Notes: generated by a model from the letters alone, not told the origin. Positions 16,464 through 26,861 are shown, counted from the stretch's first letter. The stretch: 64,000 nucleotides of DNA from Candidatus Woesearchaeota archaeon (GCA_964408705.1 CAYPAI010000003.1:5382-69381), one strand, 5' to 3'. Made by a program: numbers and translations.

Positions 16464-17936
16464 TTATTTAATAGTTATAGCTCCTTGGCAGAATGTTTTT
16501 GCGTAGTTTAATTTTTCCTTAGATTCAGAGTATATTGTAAACACAGTTTCATTTTTTTTAATTTTATCCTTTAGTTTTTTATGTAAATATATTCCTGCAG
16601 CTTTTTCAGAAGGAGCTCCAGCAATTCTTGCTATCTTAGTAATTTTTTTGTTATCTATTTCAATTATAGCTCCATGCTTTTTTGATTTAATGTCTACAGT
16701 GTATTTACCTAAGTGTATATTTTCAGGCTCTATCGTAGATTTACCACCTTGTGCTTTTATTATTTCCTTCATTTTAGAATATGCCTTTCCTGACTCTAAG
16801 ATTTCTCTTGCAGAAGCTTTTGTTTTGGCTAATTTGAGTAGTTTGTCTGCCATAATTATAGATTTTTCTTCTAAATCTTTTGGTGCACCTGGATGTCTTT
16901 TGAGGATGTATAATACATCTCTAGCTTCTAAATTTGGTCCAACACCGTTTCCAATTGGTTCCATTCCGTTTGTGATGATTACTTTTGTTTTCATGTTTAG
17001 TTTTTTACCTAAGTTTATGAATTTTTTACTTAATTTTTTGGCCCTTAACCTTGTTGGAATTTTTGCAGTTTTTCCAATAGGGATGTCTATTAATACGTGT
17101 GTCGATCCAACACTAGCTTTTTTTGCCATTATTGAAGAAAGCATTAATCCTTCTGGATCTAGCCTTAAGGGGTATCTTACTTTGATCAATTTATCGTCTG
17201 CTCCTGCTAGTTCCATCGCACCACCCCATATTATACATCCATTTGTTTTTTTTACTATCTGTTTTATTTTTTTTGAAGTAAAACTTACCTTGGCAAGAGT
17301 CTCCATGGTGTCTGCAGTTCCTGCTGCACTAGTGATAGATCTTGAACTACTTTTTGCCATAATAACTCCTGCTGCTGCAAGAATTGGTGTAATGAGCATA
17401 GTAGTTCTGTTATTAGGTATGCCTCCAAGGCAATGTTTATCTGCAACTATTTTTTTACCAAAATTTAATTTTTTTCCACCTTTAAGAACTGAGTTAGTGA
17501 AATTTACTGTTTCTTCTTGAGAAAGACCATTATGATAACATCCAGAAACGAAATAAGCAAGTTCAGTTTCTGTTAAGTCATTTTCACTTAAGTCTTTTAC
17601 TAATATTTCTATCTCATCTTTAGATAGTTTCTTCCCATCTAATTTATTTTTGATTAATTCTATAGATCTAGGTGTATGTGTTGGTTTGACCCTAATTTTA
17701 GTCCCTACACCTGGTTTAATTATATCAACTACTTCTTGAAATAATCCTATTGTACCTTTTCTAATGGTTCCAGAGAGGTCAGATATATTTACTGATACAA
17801 TTATTTCTTTTTTTCCTTTTTTTAATAGAATTCTATCTGCTGCCTGTACATCTAACTCTTCTGCATCTTCATGATTTAATGCTGCAACTAAAGTTCCGCC
17901 TGTTGCAACGTTTAATTCTTTAACCTTCAGTCGCAT
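16464..17936 (-). CDS. deoA: AMP phosphorylase (thymidine-phosphorylase family, DeoA-like)
   Basis: 490 aa. AMPpase-specific N-terminal domain (MRLKVKELNVATGG...). Glycosyl-transferase family 3 core (ADKHCLGGIPNNRTT, RSITSAAGTADTMETL). Confidence 0.7.
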   Translation of the reverse strand: MRLKVKELNVATGGTLVAALNHEDAEELDVQAADRILLKKGKKEIIVSVNISDLSGTIRKGTIGLFQEVVDIIKPGVGTKIRVKPTHTPRSIELIKNKLDGKKLSKDEIEILVKDLSENDLTETELAYFVSGCYHNGLSQEETVNFTNSVLKGGKKLNFGKKIVADKHCLGGIPNNRTTMLITPILAAAGVIMAKSSSRSITSAAGTADTMETLAKVSFTSKKIKQIVKKTNGCIIWGGAMELAGADDKLIKVRYPLRLDPEGLMLSSIMAKKASVGSTHVLIDIPIGKTAKIPTRLRAKKLSKKFINLGKKLNMKTKVIITNGMEPIGNGVGPNLEARDVLYILKRHPGAPKDLEEKSIIMADKLLKLAKTKASAREILESGKAYSKMKEIIKAQGGKSTIEPENIHLGKYTVDIKSKKHGAIIEIDNKKITKIARIAGAPSEKAAGIYLHKKLKDKIKKNETVFTIYSESKEKLNYAKTFCQGAITIK

Positions 17937-18939
17937 ATTCTTCCTCGTATAACTTATACACGGCTAAAATGATAGACAATGCCAATGGACCTATAATAAT
18001 TCCAGGAATCCCTACTAATTTGATCCCTCCAAACACGCCGACTAATAGTGCAACTTGATTTATTTTTGAAGTTTTACTCATTATTTGGTGCCTCAATATG
18101 TTATCTGTGTAACCTAAGGTGACTATTGAATATATGAGTAGAAGTATTGCATCAGTTGTAAACCCTGAGATCAAAAGATATATCGATGCAGGTACATAAA
18201 TTAAAGTTGGACCTAATAGTGGAACCATTGCTAAAACTATAACTAAAAATGACCAAACCAAAGGGGTAGGAATATTAAATAAATAAAATCCAATAAACGC
18301 AAGAACACCTTCAATAAGTGCTATAATTAATAATCCTAAAAATAATCCTCTAACTGAAGATACCACATCACTTTCAAATCTTTTTTTAATCCTATTTTCA
18401 AATGGAATTATTGATCTAAATTTCTTTATGAGATTTTTCCCATCTCTTAGGAAAAAGAATAAGCAAAAGAATATTACAAATATATTTAATAATCCTCCCA
18501 ATATATATCCTGTGATTTTTGAACTAGATGTTATGAATGACTGAGATAATCCAAGTACGGTTTCCTTAAAATATCTTTCATAGTTTATATCTAAATGAGT
18601 TAGTTTTTGTAATTGATTAGATTGTTCACTTAAATCCATTCCACTTGCAGCATTGTATAAATTTATTGTTTCTTGGAACATAGCATTAGCAAAGAATATC
18701 AAAGGAAGCAGGACTAGAAATATTAAGGAAAAAATCAAAATCATTGCTGATGAATTTTTATTTTTTATTTTTTTAACTAAAGCTAAGTATATAGGGTATA
18801 GGGCTATAGCTAAAACAATTGAAGTTAATAGTGCTATCTTGAACGGAGATATTATTTTATAACTAACATATAATAGTGCAATTACTGATGCTATAATTAT
18901 TAGTTTGCCATACTCCCCCTTGTCATTATTCTCCAACAT
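17920..18939 (-). CDS. AI-2E/PerM (UPF0118) family membrane transporter
   Basis: About 8 TM segments, with the typical length and hydropathy. Call is by resemblance only. Confidence 0.45.
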   Translation of the reverse strand: MLENNDKGEYGKLIIIASVIALLYVSYKIISPFKIALLTSIVLAIALYPIYLALVKKIKNKNSSAMILIFSLIFLVLLPLIFFANAMFQETINLYNAASGMDLSEQSNQLQKLTHLDINYERYFKETVLGLSQSFITSSSKITGYILGGLLNIFVIFFCLFFFLRDGKNLIKKFRSIIPFENRIKKRFESDVVSSVRGLFLGLLIIALIEGVLAFIGFYLFNIPTPLVWSFLVIVLAMVPLLGPTLIYVPASIYLLISGFTTDAILLLIYSIVTLGYTDNILRHQIMSKTSKINQVALLVGVFGGIKLVGIPGIIIGPLALSIILAVYKLYEEEYATEG

Positions 18940-19019
18940 TATTAATGATTCTGCTTAAAATATATATAAGGTTTTGGATTTTTAGAAATCTTTTTGAATG
19001 TTACTTTTTTTATTTTTGT

Positions 19020-19694
19020 ATGAGATTAGGTGTTTTATTTTCAGGAGGAAAGGATTCTTGTTTTGCTCTTGCTGAATCGGTGAAGCAAAATGAAGTAGTT
19101 TGTCTTTTGTCTATCCTTTCAGAAAACCAGGATAGTTATATGTTCCATACTCCTAACATTGAGTTAACAAGTTATCAATCTAAGGCTTTAGATATCCCCC
19201 TTTTAACTAAGGTAACCAAAGGTAAGAAGGAAGAAGAGTTGGAAGATTTGAAGATATTAATCAAAAGTGCTAAATCTAAATATAATATTGAAGGTGTTGT
19301 TACGGGTGCAGTAGGTTCAGTTTATCAATCTACGAGGGTGCAAAAAATTTGTGATGACCTAGGGCTATGGTGTTTCAATCCATTATGGCAAAAAGACCAG
19401 TTAAAGATATTGAACTATCTTGTTAAAAATAAGTTTGAAGTATTAATCACAGGGGTTTTTGGTTATCCTTTAGATGAGTCTTGGCTTGGAAAAAGAATAG
19501 ATTCTAAAATTATAGCTAAACTAGATAAACTTCATCAAAAGTATGGCCTAAATCCTGCCGGAGAAGGAGGAGAACTTGAAACTACTGTGTTAGATTCTCC
19601 ATTGTTTAAGAGGAAACTGATTGTTAAAGACTATGAGAAGGTTTATTCTAATTACTCAGGGGTTTTTAGAATAAAGGAGGTTTATTTGAAATGA
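19020..19694 (+). CDS. Diphthine-ammonia ligase-like PP-loop ATPase (Dph6 / MJ0570 family)
   Basis: MRLGVLFSGGKDSCFAL carries the PP-loop SGGxDS. The start was trimmed from 18945 to the Met preceding the motif. Confidence 0.5.
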   Translation: MRLGVLFSGGKDSCFALAESVKQNEVVCLLSILSENQDSYMFHTPNIELTSYQSKALDIPLLTKVTKGKKEEELEDLKILIKSAKSKYNIEGVVTGAVGSVYQSTRVQKICDDLGLWCFNPLWQKDQLKILNYLVKNKFEVLITGVFGYPLDESWLGKRIDSKIIAKLDKLHQKYGLNPAGEGGELETTVLDSPLFKRKLIVKDYEKVYSNYSGVFRIKEVYLK

Positions 19695-20221
19695 TTTTAA
19701 TTATTAGTACATCTAGTGCAAAATTAAGTGAAAATGAGTTTGTAAATCCTATAAAAAATATTGTTAAAGAAAAAGCAATAATTAAACATTATACTGATAT
19801 TAATAAAGATGATTTAATTAATTTTGATAAGATTATAATTTGTGGTACTGCCTTGAAAGATAATGAATATTTAGATCATATTAAAAAGTTTAAATGGATT
19901 GAGAATTATGATAAACCTTTGTTAGGTATTTGTTCAGGGATGCAAATTATTGGTTTGAGTTTTGGGGCAAAACTAATTGCTAATAAAGAAATTGGTATGG
20001 AAAAAATTAAAGTTCTTAAGAAAAATAAATTATTTTCTAAAGATTTTGAAGCATATGAATTGCATAATAATTCTTTAACTGAATTATTTGAATTTGAAAT
20101 ATTGGCAGAATCTGGTAATTCTGTGCAAGCGATAACTCATAAAGAGAAAGATATTTATGGAATTATATTTCATCCTGAGGTTAGAAATGAAAATATTATT
20201 TTGAATTTTGTTAATCTTTAA
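19691..20221 (+). CDS. Class I glutamine amidotransferase (GMP synthase subunit A-like)
   Basis: Catalytic triad context: LLGICSGMQIIG ... YGIIFHPEV. Confidence 0.5.
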   Translation: MILIISTSSAKLSENEFVNPIKNIVKEKAIIKHYTDINKDDLINFDKIIICGTALKDNEYLDHIKKFKWIENYDKPLLGICSGMQIIGLSFGAKLIANKEIGMEKIKVLKKNKLFSKDFEAYELHNNSLTELFEFEILAESGNSVQAITHKEKDIYGIIFHPEVRNENIILNFVNL

Positions 20222-21618
20222 TATACTATTCTTGGGCCATATCCCCATAATTTAACCGCTTTGGCTAGTTCAGATTCTGGATTTTGTTTTACCCATTTTT
20301 TTAAAGGTATTCTTTTTTCATAAATTTCTCTTGCTTGTTCTATTGCAATAGTTCCTCCAGTAGGTCCATCTGGATGACCTAATAACCCTCCTCCACATTG
20401 TATTAATATATCTTGTCCAAGTTGATCCATTACTGATTCAAAGTCTCCAGGATGTAGTCCTCCTGAGGCAGTCATCCATACTGGTTTAATATTATACCAT
20501 TTTTGACCAAGGCTAGGTATTTTTTTATGAGGTTTTAAGTTTTTTTCTTGAAGTACTTTTTGTATATACTTTGCTTCACCATAATCTTCCATTTTGGCTA
20601 AAGGGGATCCTCCGTGGAGTGAGTCTACACCTAATAATCTGAAGAGTTTAGCAAGTGCAATCATAGATATTGAGAAACCATTTAGTTCTCCCTTTCCATG
20701 TATCCCTTTAGAGTTATCCCTAGTAATAAATCCGTGCATTGCCCTATGTGCATGTATAGCTAATCCTGTATTAGATCTTCGCATTGTGTCTATTCCGGAA
20801 AATCCAGTAGTAATAACATCTATCATCATGAATATTCCTTTATTTTGCTTTATGATCTTTGCACGTTTTTTCATTATGTCTATATTTGAGTGAGTTATGT
20901 TACAAAGATAAAATTTTTTATTTTTTGTTAATTTTTCTGCTCTTCTTAGTTCCTTGAGAACCATCTTTGCTCTGTTATTAAATTTATTAAAATAAAGATT
21001 TGTAAGATTTTCATCATCTTTTATTCCATCATATGTCCCATTCCCGGAAGTAAATAATACTTTTGCAAGTATGGATTGTTCCTTGGCAGTTCTTCCTATT
21101 TTAGGTTTAGGTACTGTTGCAACCAAACATCCTTTTGGTTTTTTTAATAACTTTCTCACTCCCCTAATACCATATTTAGGTCCTGGAAATTTTTCTACCA
21201 TAGGTTTTGGAAATCTTATGTCAAAAACCCTCATGGCTGAAACCATTTTCATTCCCGCAATATTTCCAACAATGCCTGCAAGAAGTCCAGAAATATTATC
21301 TAATTCAAATAAGTCTAGGGGGTATGCAACTTTAAATGTTAGGTTTTTGTAATCTAAATCATAAGCTATTGCTCTTTTTTTTGAAGCCATAGGTATTCCT
21401 GAATCAGGCCCAGAATAAACTTTTGTCCAAGTTCCCGTAGAGGATTCTGCTGCTACAGAAGCTGCACCATCTTCAAATACCTTTCTTAAGGAAACTTTTT
21501 TTGCTTCATCTAATGCAGATTTGCTTAATTCAAGTTTTATAAATGTTATTAGATAATTTTTATCTGGATTTTTAGGTTTCCACCCTTTTTTAGCTAAATA
21601 ATCAAGTTGTACTGCCAT
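20218..21618 (-). CDS. rbcL: Ribulose-1,5-bisphosphate carboxylase large subunit, form III
   Basis: 466 aa. YDGIKDDEN (KDDEN active-site region), LIQCGGGLLGHPDG (compare GGGTLGHPWG), GLAIHAHRAMHG. Confidence 0.8.
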   Translation of the reverse strand: MAVQLDYLAKKGWKPKNPDKNYLITFIKLELSKSALDEAKKVSLRKVFEDGAASVAAESSTGTWTKVYSGPDSGIPMASKKRAIAYDLDYKNLTFKVAYPLDLFELDNISGLLAGIVGNIAGMKMVSAMRVFDIRFPKPMVEKFPGPKYGIRGVRKLLKKPKGCLVATVPKPKIGRTAKEQSILAKVLFTSGNGTYDGIKDDENLTNLYFNKFNNRAKMVLKELRRAEKLTKNKKFYLCNITHSNIDIMKKRAKIIKQNKGIFMMIDVITTGFSGIDTMRRSNTGLAIHAHRAMHGFITRDNSKGIHGKGELNGFSISMIALAKLFRLLGVDSLHGGSPLAKMEDYGEAKYIQKVLQEKNLKPHKKIPSLGQKWYNIKPVWMTASGGLHPGDFESVMDQLGQDILIQCGGGLLGHPDGPTGGTIAIEQAREIYEKRIPLKKWVKQNPESELAKAVKLWGYGPRIVY

Positions 21619-22264
21619 TTTTTTCCTCTTTTATCAATCTTGGAAGTTCTGTTATATCTTTAATAATAAAATTTGCATTTTTTAAACTTTTCCAAGTTTG
21701 TTTTGGCCCATGTTTTAGTATGATTGATTTTACTTTTGCAGATTTAGCAGTTTTTATATCTTGAATTGTGTCTCCTACCATAAATTTTATTTTTTTATTA
21801 AACTTTTTTTCTGCTGCATAAATTTCATCAGGAAAAGGTTTAGGTCTTTTAACTTCATCATCTCCGATGATTACTTCGAATAGTTTTTTATCTATTTTTG
21901 CTATTTCTAATATATTTATAACTTCTTTGTGTGGATTGTTTGATACAATTGCCAGATGATATTTTTTGTTTAAATTTTTTAATATTCTTTTAGTATGTGG
22001 AAAAACTTTTATCATTGATTTTGTTTTTTTTCTTATATTATAGAAATCTTTTCTTATTTTGTTTAATTCTTTTTTTGTTAGGTTAGTAGGAGATGATTTT
22101 TTAATTAAAAATCTTGAGTTTCTCCCCCAGTGTTCAAATATTTTGCTCTTAGTTGGAGCTTTTTTATGGTTTATTTTAAATGCTTCTTGGAATGAATAGA
22201 TGATCCAATCTTCAGTGTCTACCAATGTCCCATCTAAGTCGAAGCAAATTATCATTTTATCCAA
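21602..22264 (-). CDS. HAD-superfamily phosphatase (phosphoglycolate-phosphatase-like)
   Basis: Motif I ICFDLDGTLVDT. Motif IV MVGDTIQDIKTAK. Wedged between rbcL and the R15P isomerase gene. Confidence 0.55.
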   Translation of the reverse strand: MDKMIICFDLDGTLVDTEDWIIYSFQEAFKINHKKAPTKSKIFEHWGRNSRFLIKKSSPTNLTKKELNKIRKDFYNIRKKTKSMIKVFPHTKRILKNLNKKYHLAIVSNNPHKEVINILEIAKIDKKLFEVIIGDDEVKRPKPFPDEIYAAEKKFNKKIKFMVGDTIQDIKTAKSAKVKSIILKHGPKQTWKSLKNANFIIKDITELPRLIKEEKNGSTT

Positions 22265-23055
22265 GGATATGTTTTTTTTACTGTTTTTAGGAATTTTCTT
22301 ACAGAAAGTATACCAAGCTCAGAGATTATTCCTTTAATATATCTTGGATTTATTTTCTCAAAAGCTGGGTTTTCTATTTTTAAATAAGTTGAAGATTTAT
22401 TCCAAATCTCATTTGGATTTCTTTGTTCCATATCAAGGTTTTTATTTGAAAATTTCCAAGAGTTAGTACATATATAGACAGGAACATTATGCCTATATGC
22501 TATTTCTGCAAATAGGTTGCTCCCTATTTTGTTTATAACTTCTCCTTTGTTAGTTATCATATCTGCACCAATCATAAATAAATCTGATTTTTTTATAAAA
22601 TCATGTGCAGCAGAGTCTACAAAATGAGTATTTTTTATTTTGTTCTCTATCATTTCTTTACTTGTTTTTCTTCCCTGATTTAAAGGTCTAGTCTCTGTAT
22701 TAAAAACTTCCAGATTTTTGTTATTATTTTTGGATTTTATTATGGATTTAGTTACAGTGCTAGAGTGGCAATGTGTAAAGATCTTTGAATTATTTTTAAT
22801 TACTTTTTCACCATTATTTATTACTCTTTCTTGGATGTTTTTTACAAAATAGTAAGTCATATCAAGATTTGTAATTTTTGCATATTTTACTGAATTGTGT
22901 AAACATGGTTCAGTCGGTCTAGAAGATAGCAATTTTCTTATAGAAGTTGCATCGCTTTGAAGTTTAAGTGCTTTAATTCCCGCTAGTGCAACATTAGTTG
23001 CACCCTGTATTTTTAAGGTTTTAATATCGTTTAGTATTTTATTAAATGAGTTCAT
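22252..23055 (-). CDS. Ribose-1,5-bisphosphate isomerase (eIF2B-like family)
   Basis: eIF2B/MtnA-family motifs: IFTHCHSS, ETRPLNQG, IGADMITNKGEVINKIGS...VPVYICTNSWKF. Adjacent to rbcL and AMPpase. Confidence 0.6.
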   Translation of the reverse strand: MNSFNKILNDIKTLKIQGATNVALAGIKALKLQSDATSIRKLLSSRPTEPCLHNSVKYAKITNLDMTYYFVKNIQERVINNGEKVIKNNSKIFTHCHSSTVTKSIIKSKNNNKNLEVFNTETRPLNQGRKTSKEMIENKIKNTHFVDSAAHDFIKKSDLFMIGADMITNKGEVINKIGSNLFAEIAYRHNVPVYICTNSWKFSNKNLDMEQRNPNEIWNKSSTYLKIENPAFEKINPRYIKGIISELGILSVRKFLKTVKKTYPWIK

Positions 23056-23133
23056 TGTTAAATCTTTTAAGTTTTATTTATTTAAAACTTTCTGAGCAGA
23101 AAGTTATTTAAATCAAGTTTATACCTTAATATA

Positions 23134-23988
23134 TTGATGGCTTTAGAATCATTAATTAATCCTAAACGTGCAGTAGAAAGGCCTTGGGAAATGTTTTTTA
23201 TCGGTTTTTTATATGCTACTGTTGCAGTATTCCTTAGTATTTGGATTTTTAGAGGACATGCTAGTTTGATAATGGTTTTGTTGACAGTTGTAGCTTCAGT
23301 TCCATTTATGTATAAATCTATGAAAGTTCAAGAGAAATTTGATGTAACCTTAAAGAGTGAGCGGACAATCCTCAAGAGACATGGAGAAGTTATAAAATAT
23401 CTTTTGTTTTTGTTTGGAGGGTTTCTTTTTGCCTATTCAATATGGTTCATAGTTTTACCTGCAAGTACTATCCAAACTCTTTTCGCTAGTCAAATTGAAA
23501 CTATAAACGCTATAAACTCTAAAATAATGGGTGAGGCAATTAGTTCTAGTTCGATATTTTTGCAAATTTTTTTAAATAATTTTAAGGTACTTATGTTTGC
23601 AATATTTTTTGCATTTTTTTATGGTGCTGGAGCTATATTTGTCTTAACATGGAATGCTTCAGTAATCTCTGCTGCAATAGGTGGATTTGTTAAGGAAAAG
23701 ATTGCAATTTATGCTGCAAGTGTTGGTTCTGTGAGTATATTTAATTATTTTCATATGTTTTCATTAGGTTTGTTGAGATATAGCATACATGGTATTCCTG
23801 AAATTGCTGCTTACTTTATAGGTGGGCTTGCTGGAAGTATAATATCTGTTGCAGTAATCAATAGGGATTTAGAAGGAGAGCACTATAAGAGTATAATGGT
23901 TGATGTTATACACCTTGTTTTAATTGCAATAGGGATTTTAGTCTTAGCAGGTTTTTTAGAAGTGTATGTTACTCCTCTATTTTTTTAA
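23134..23988 (+). CDS. Polytopic membrane protein (DUF95/SpoIIM-like?)
   Basis: About 6 TM helices. Weak resemblance only. Confidence 0.3.
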   Translation: MMALESLINPKRAVERPWEMFFIGFLYATVAVFLSIWIFRGHASLIMVLLTVVASVPFMYKSMKVQEKFDVTLKSERTILKRHGEVIKYLLFLFGGFLFAYSIWFIVLPASTIQTLFASQIETINAINSKIMGEAISSSSIFLQIFLNNFKVLMFAIFFAFFYGAGAIFVLTWNASVISAAIGGFVKEKIAIYAASVGSVSIFNYFHMFSLGLLRYSIHGIPEIAAYFIGGLAGSIISVAVINRDLEGEHYKSIMVDVIHLVLIAIGILVLAGFLEVYVTPLFF

Positions 23989-24040
23989 TTTAATAATTTA
24001 GATTCATAATGTTTATAACTTGGTCACAATCTTTAATATT

Positions 24041-24772
24041 ATGAAAGCTTTAATTTTGGCTGCAGGTTATGCGACTAGGTTGTATCCTTTAACTAAGAAT
24101 TTACCTAAACCTTTGTTGAAAGTAGGAGATAATAAAGTAATAGAACATATTATCTCGAAAATAGAGTCTGTCAAGGATATTGACGAAATTTTTATAGTTA
24201 CTAATGAGAAATTTTATCCTGAATTTAATAAATGGTTAAATAATTATAAATCTTCAAAGAAGATAGAAATAATAAGTGATGGTACGTTGTCCAACGAGGA
24301 TAGGTTGGGATCCATAGGAGATATAGAGTTTGTTGTTAAATCTAAGGCCTTGCAAGATGATTTATTAGTTGTTGCAGGAGATAATCTTTTTGAGTTTTCC
24401 CTTAATAAGTTTGTAGATTTTTTTAAAATAAAAAATAATTATTTAGTTGCATTATGTGATTTGAAAGATAAAAATAAAATAAAAAATACTTTTGGGTGTG
24501 TAGAGCTAAAGAATGATAGTATTATTGGGTTTGAAGAAAAACCAAATTCTCCAAGGAGTAGTATTGCTGCTATAGCTTGTTATGTTTATCCTAGGCGACA
24601 TCTTCAGGATTTATTTATTAAAAATAGTTGTACTAATTTTGAGAATATAGAAGGGATTATAAATAAGTTTATAGTTAGTTCTGAAATAAATGGATATGTA
24701 TTTTCTGAAGATTGGTTTGATATAGGTAGTTTTGAGTTGTTAGAGCAAGCTAGAAAGAGGTATTCTTCATAA
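24041..24772 (+). CDS. Sugar-1-phosphate nucleotidyltransferase (G1P thymidylyl/uridylyltransferase-like)
   Basis: MKALILAAGYATRLYPLTKNLPKPLL signature. The start was trimmed to this Met. Confidence 0.6.
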   Translation: MKALILAAGYATRLYPLTKNLPKPLLKVGDNKVIEHIISKIESVKDIDEIFIVTNEKFYPEFNKWLNNYKSSKKIEIISDGTLSNEDRLGSIGDIEFVVKSKALQDDLLVVAGDNLFEFSLNKFVDFFKIKNNYLVALCDLKDKNKIKNTFGCVELKNDSIIGFEEKPNSPRSSIAAIACYVYPRRHLQDLFIKNSCTNFENIEGIINKFIVSSEINGYVFSEDWFDIGSFELLEQARKRYSS

Positions 24773-26079
24773 TGAACATAAGTGTTTTTGGTACAGGTTA
24801 TGTTGGGTTAGTTACAGGATTAGGATTAGCAGAGTTAGGCCACAAAGTAGTTTGTGTTGATTTAGATGAAGATAAGATAAGGGATCTATCCAATAGTAAG
24901 GTTTCATTTTATGAACCAGGTGTCCAAAAATTACTTGAAAAGAATATTGAAAAATCTAAAATTTCTTTTATTACAGATCCTCAGAAAGGAGTTGAGTTTG
25001 GTGAAGTTATTTTTAACTGCGTAGGGACCCCAGGTAGAGAAGATGGCTCTGCCAATTTAGATTATGTTTTAGATGTTGCTCGTAATGTTGCAGAGTATTC
25101 AACTGGAAAAAATAAACTCTTAGTAAATAAAAGCACGGTTCCACCAGGTACAGCAAGAAAATGTCAAGAAGTCATAAAGGACACAAATAATTTAAATAAT
25201 ATAACAGTTGTATCTAATCCAGAATTTCTTAGGGAAGGTAGTGCTTTTTATGATTTTACTCATCCAGATAAGATCGTAATAGGTGCACAAGATGATTTTG
25301 TTTTTGGAATAATGAGAAAAGTTTATACAGGAAGGCTTAGGACATATATTCCGATATTAGAAACTAATTGGGAAACTGCAGAGATCATAAAATATGCAAA
25401 TAATTCATTTTTAGCTACTAAAATTAGTTTTATTAATGAAATTGCTAATATTTGTGATAAAATAGGTGCAGATGTAAAAGTTGTTTCGCAGGCTATGGGC
25501 TTAGACAATAGAATAAGTCCCAAATTTCTTAGCGCAGGAATAGGATATGGCGGAAGTTGTTTCCCCAAGGATGTTAGGGCACTGAATAGTTTAGCACGTA
25601 ATAAAGGATATTCTTCAAGATTATTAAGAGAAGTAGATAGTCTTAATGAGCGTCAAAGAAAAATTATTATTGAGAAAGTTACTGATTTATTTGGACAAGA
25701 TCTTTCTAATAAACTTTTTACAATCTGGGGGTTAAGTTTTAAACCTAAAACTAGTGATATAAGGGAGTCTCCTGCTAGTGATGTAGTTATATCTCTCTTA
25801 GAGAAGGGTGCAAGGCTTAAAGTTTATGATCCTGTTGCTATGGATGAATTTAAGAAAATTTTTCCTAATCAAGTAGAGTATTCAAAGAATATTGAAGATT
25901 CGGTGTTAGGTAGTGAAGGGATTATTCTTTTGACAGAGTGGGATGAATTTAGGAATGTTAATTTTTTAGAAATAGGAAAGTCTATGAAGTCTAAATGTTT
26001 ATTTGATGGAAGAAATATTTATGAACCTGCATTGATTAATGAAGAGGGATTTAAATATCTGGGAATTGGTAGGAAGTAA
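24772..26079 (+). CDS. ugd: UDP-glucose / nucleotide-sugar 6-dehydrogenase
   Basis: Rossmann VFGTGYVGLVTG. Catalytic Cys region GYGGSCFPKD. 435 aa. Confidence 0.75.
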   Translation: MNISVFGTGYVGLVTGLGLAELGHKVVCVDLDEDKIRDLSNSKVSFYEPGVQKLLEKNIEKSKISFITDPQKGVEFGEVIFNCVGTPGREDGSANLDYVLDVARNVAEYSTGKNKLLVNKSTVPPGTARKCQEVIKDTNNLNNITVVSNPEFLREGSAFYDFTHPDKIVIGAQDDFVFGIMRKVYTGRLRTYIPILETNWETAEIIKYANNSFLATKISFINEIANICDKIGADVKVVSQAMGLDNRISPKFLSAGIGYGGSCFPKDVRALNSLARNKGYSSRLLREVDSLNERQRKIIIEKVTDLFGQDLSNKLFTIWGLSFKPKTSDIRESPASDVVISLLEKGARLKVYDPVAMDEFKKIFPNQVEYSKNIEDSVLGSEGIILLTEWDEFRNVNFLEIGKSMKSKCLFDGRNIYEPALINEEGFKYLGIGRK

Positions 26080-26646
26080 TTAACTATCTCTATTCCTGTA
26101 TAGTTTTTTGTCTATTACTTTAGTTATATGTTTAGAGTTTATATCTCTATTTAAGAATTTTTTTAATTTTATACATTCTTCTGAAGGGTTGTTTAATAGT
26201 TCATTATAATTAATGTATACTGCACTAATATTTTTTTGTGAGTTTATCCAATCTTCGGTTTTTTTAAGATGGTCTTTGAAAGATTTTAACATCAATTCTT
26301 CAGAAATTTTGTCTTCAGTTTCAAGATTTTCTAACATTTTTTTTTGAGACATTAAAATTTCATTTAAGTTTCTTTTAACAAAAATTATTTTGTAATTCAC
26401 GTTGGAAGGTAAAAATCTTAGTAAAGGTGATACAATTTTTATGGCCTTTCCCTTTGCAGAATTTATCCAAGAAGAGTCTTTATGTATTTTTTTTACTTTT
26501 TCAAATTCATAGTATCCTTTTGGATTGTTTATGTCAGATTTTCGGATTCCATCAGATAAAATTTCTATCTTAAGGCTGTCTAAGATCTTCATTAATAATG
26601 AAGTTCCAGATCTTGGTAATCCTGAAACAATTAATATTTCTTCCAT
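26080..26646 (-). CDS. Sulfotransferase-family protein (PAPS-dependent)
   Basis: 5'-PSB loop LPRSGTSLL near the N-terminus. Length is about 190 aa. Confidence 0.5.
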   Translation of the reverse strand: MEEILIVSGLPRSGTSLLMKILDSLKIEILSDGIRKSDINNPKGYYEFEKVKKIHKDSSWINSAKGKAIKIVSPLLRFLPSNVNYKIIFVKRNLNEILMSQKKMLENLETEDKISEELMLKSFKDHLKKTEDWINSQKNISAVYINYNELLNNPSEECIKLKKFLNRDINSKHITKVIDKKLYRNRDS

Positions 26647-26648
26647 TT

Positions 26649-26861
26649 TTATTCAAGGTATCCCAGTCCTCTTAATCTTTTTTTTACCCTTTCTTCATCT
26701 TCGGCAGAATAGACTTTTTTTTCATTTTCTTTTTCTTTTAGTTTGTTACATACTTCAGTTAATATATAGTTTATATATTCTTCAAGATCATTATAGTCCT
26801 TATTGGAATCTATTCTTTTTTTCAATTTTTCTGCTATTTCATTTTTTATATCGATTTTCAT
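26649..26861 (-). CDS. Small hypothetical protein (70 aa, charged/coiled)
   Basis: ORF abuts the sulfotransferase gene. No motif recognised. Confidence 0.2.
   Translation of the reverse strand: MKIDIKNEIAEKLKKRIDSNKDYNDLEEYINYILTEVCNKLKEKENEKKVYSAEDEERVKKRLRGLGYLE

Noticed and set aside
16648-17520. 290-aa plus-strand ORF
   Set aside because: It lies entirely antisense to the well-supported AMP phosphorylase gene. Its translation is low-complexity and hydrophobic, typical of a shadow ORF in AT-rich DNA.
26649-26861. Possible ribbon-helix-helix or antitoxin-like function for the 70-aa protein, from its C-terminal ...RLRGLGYLE
   Set aside because: The resemblance is vague, there is no partner toxin gene, and it is more likely just a small hypothetical protein.
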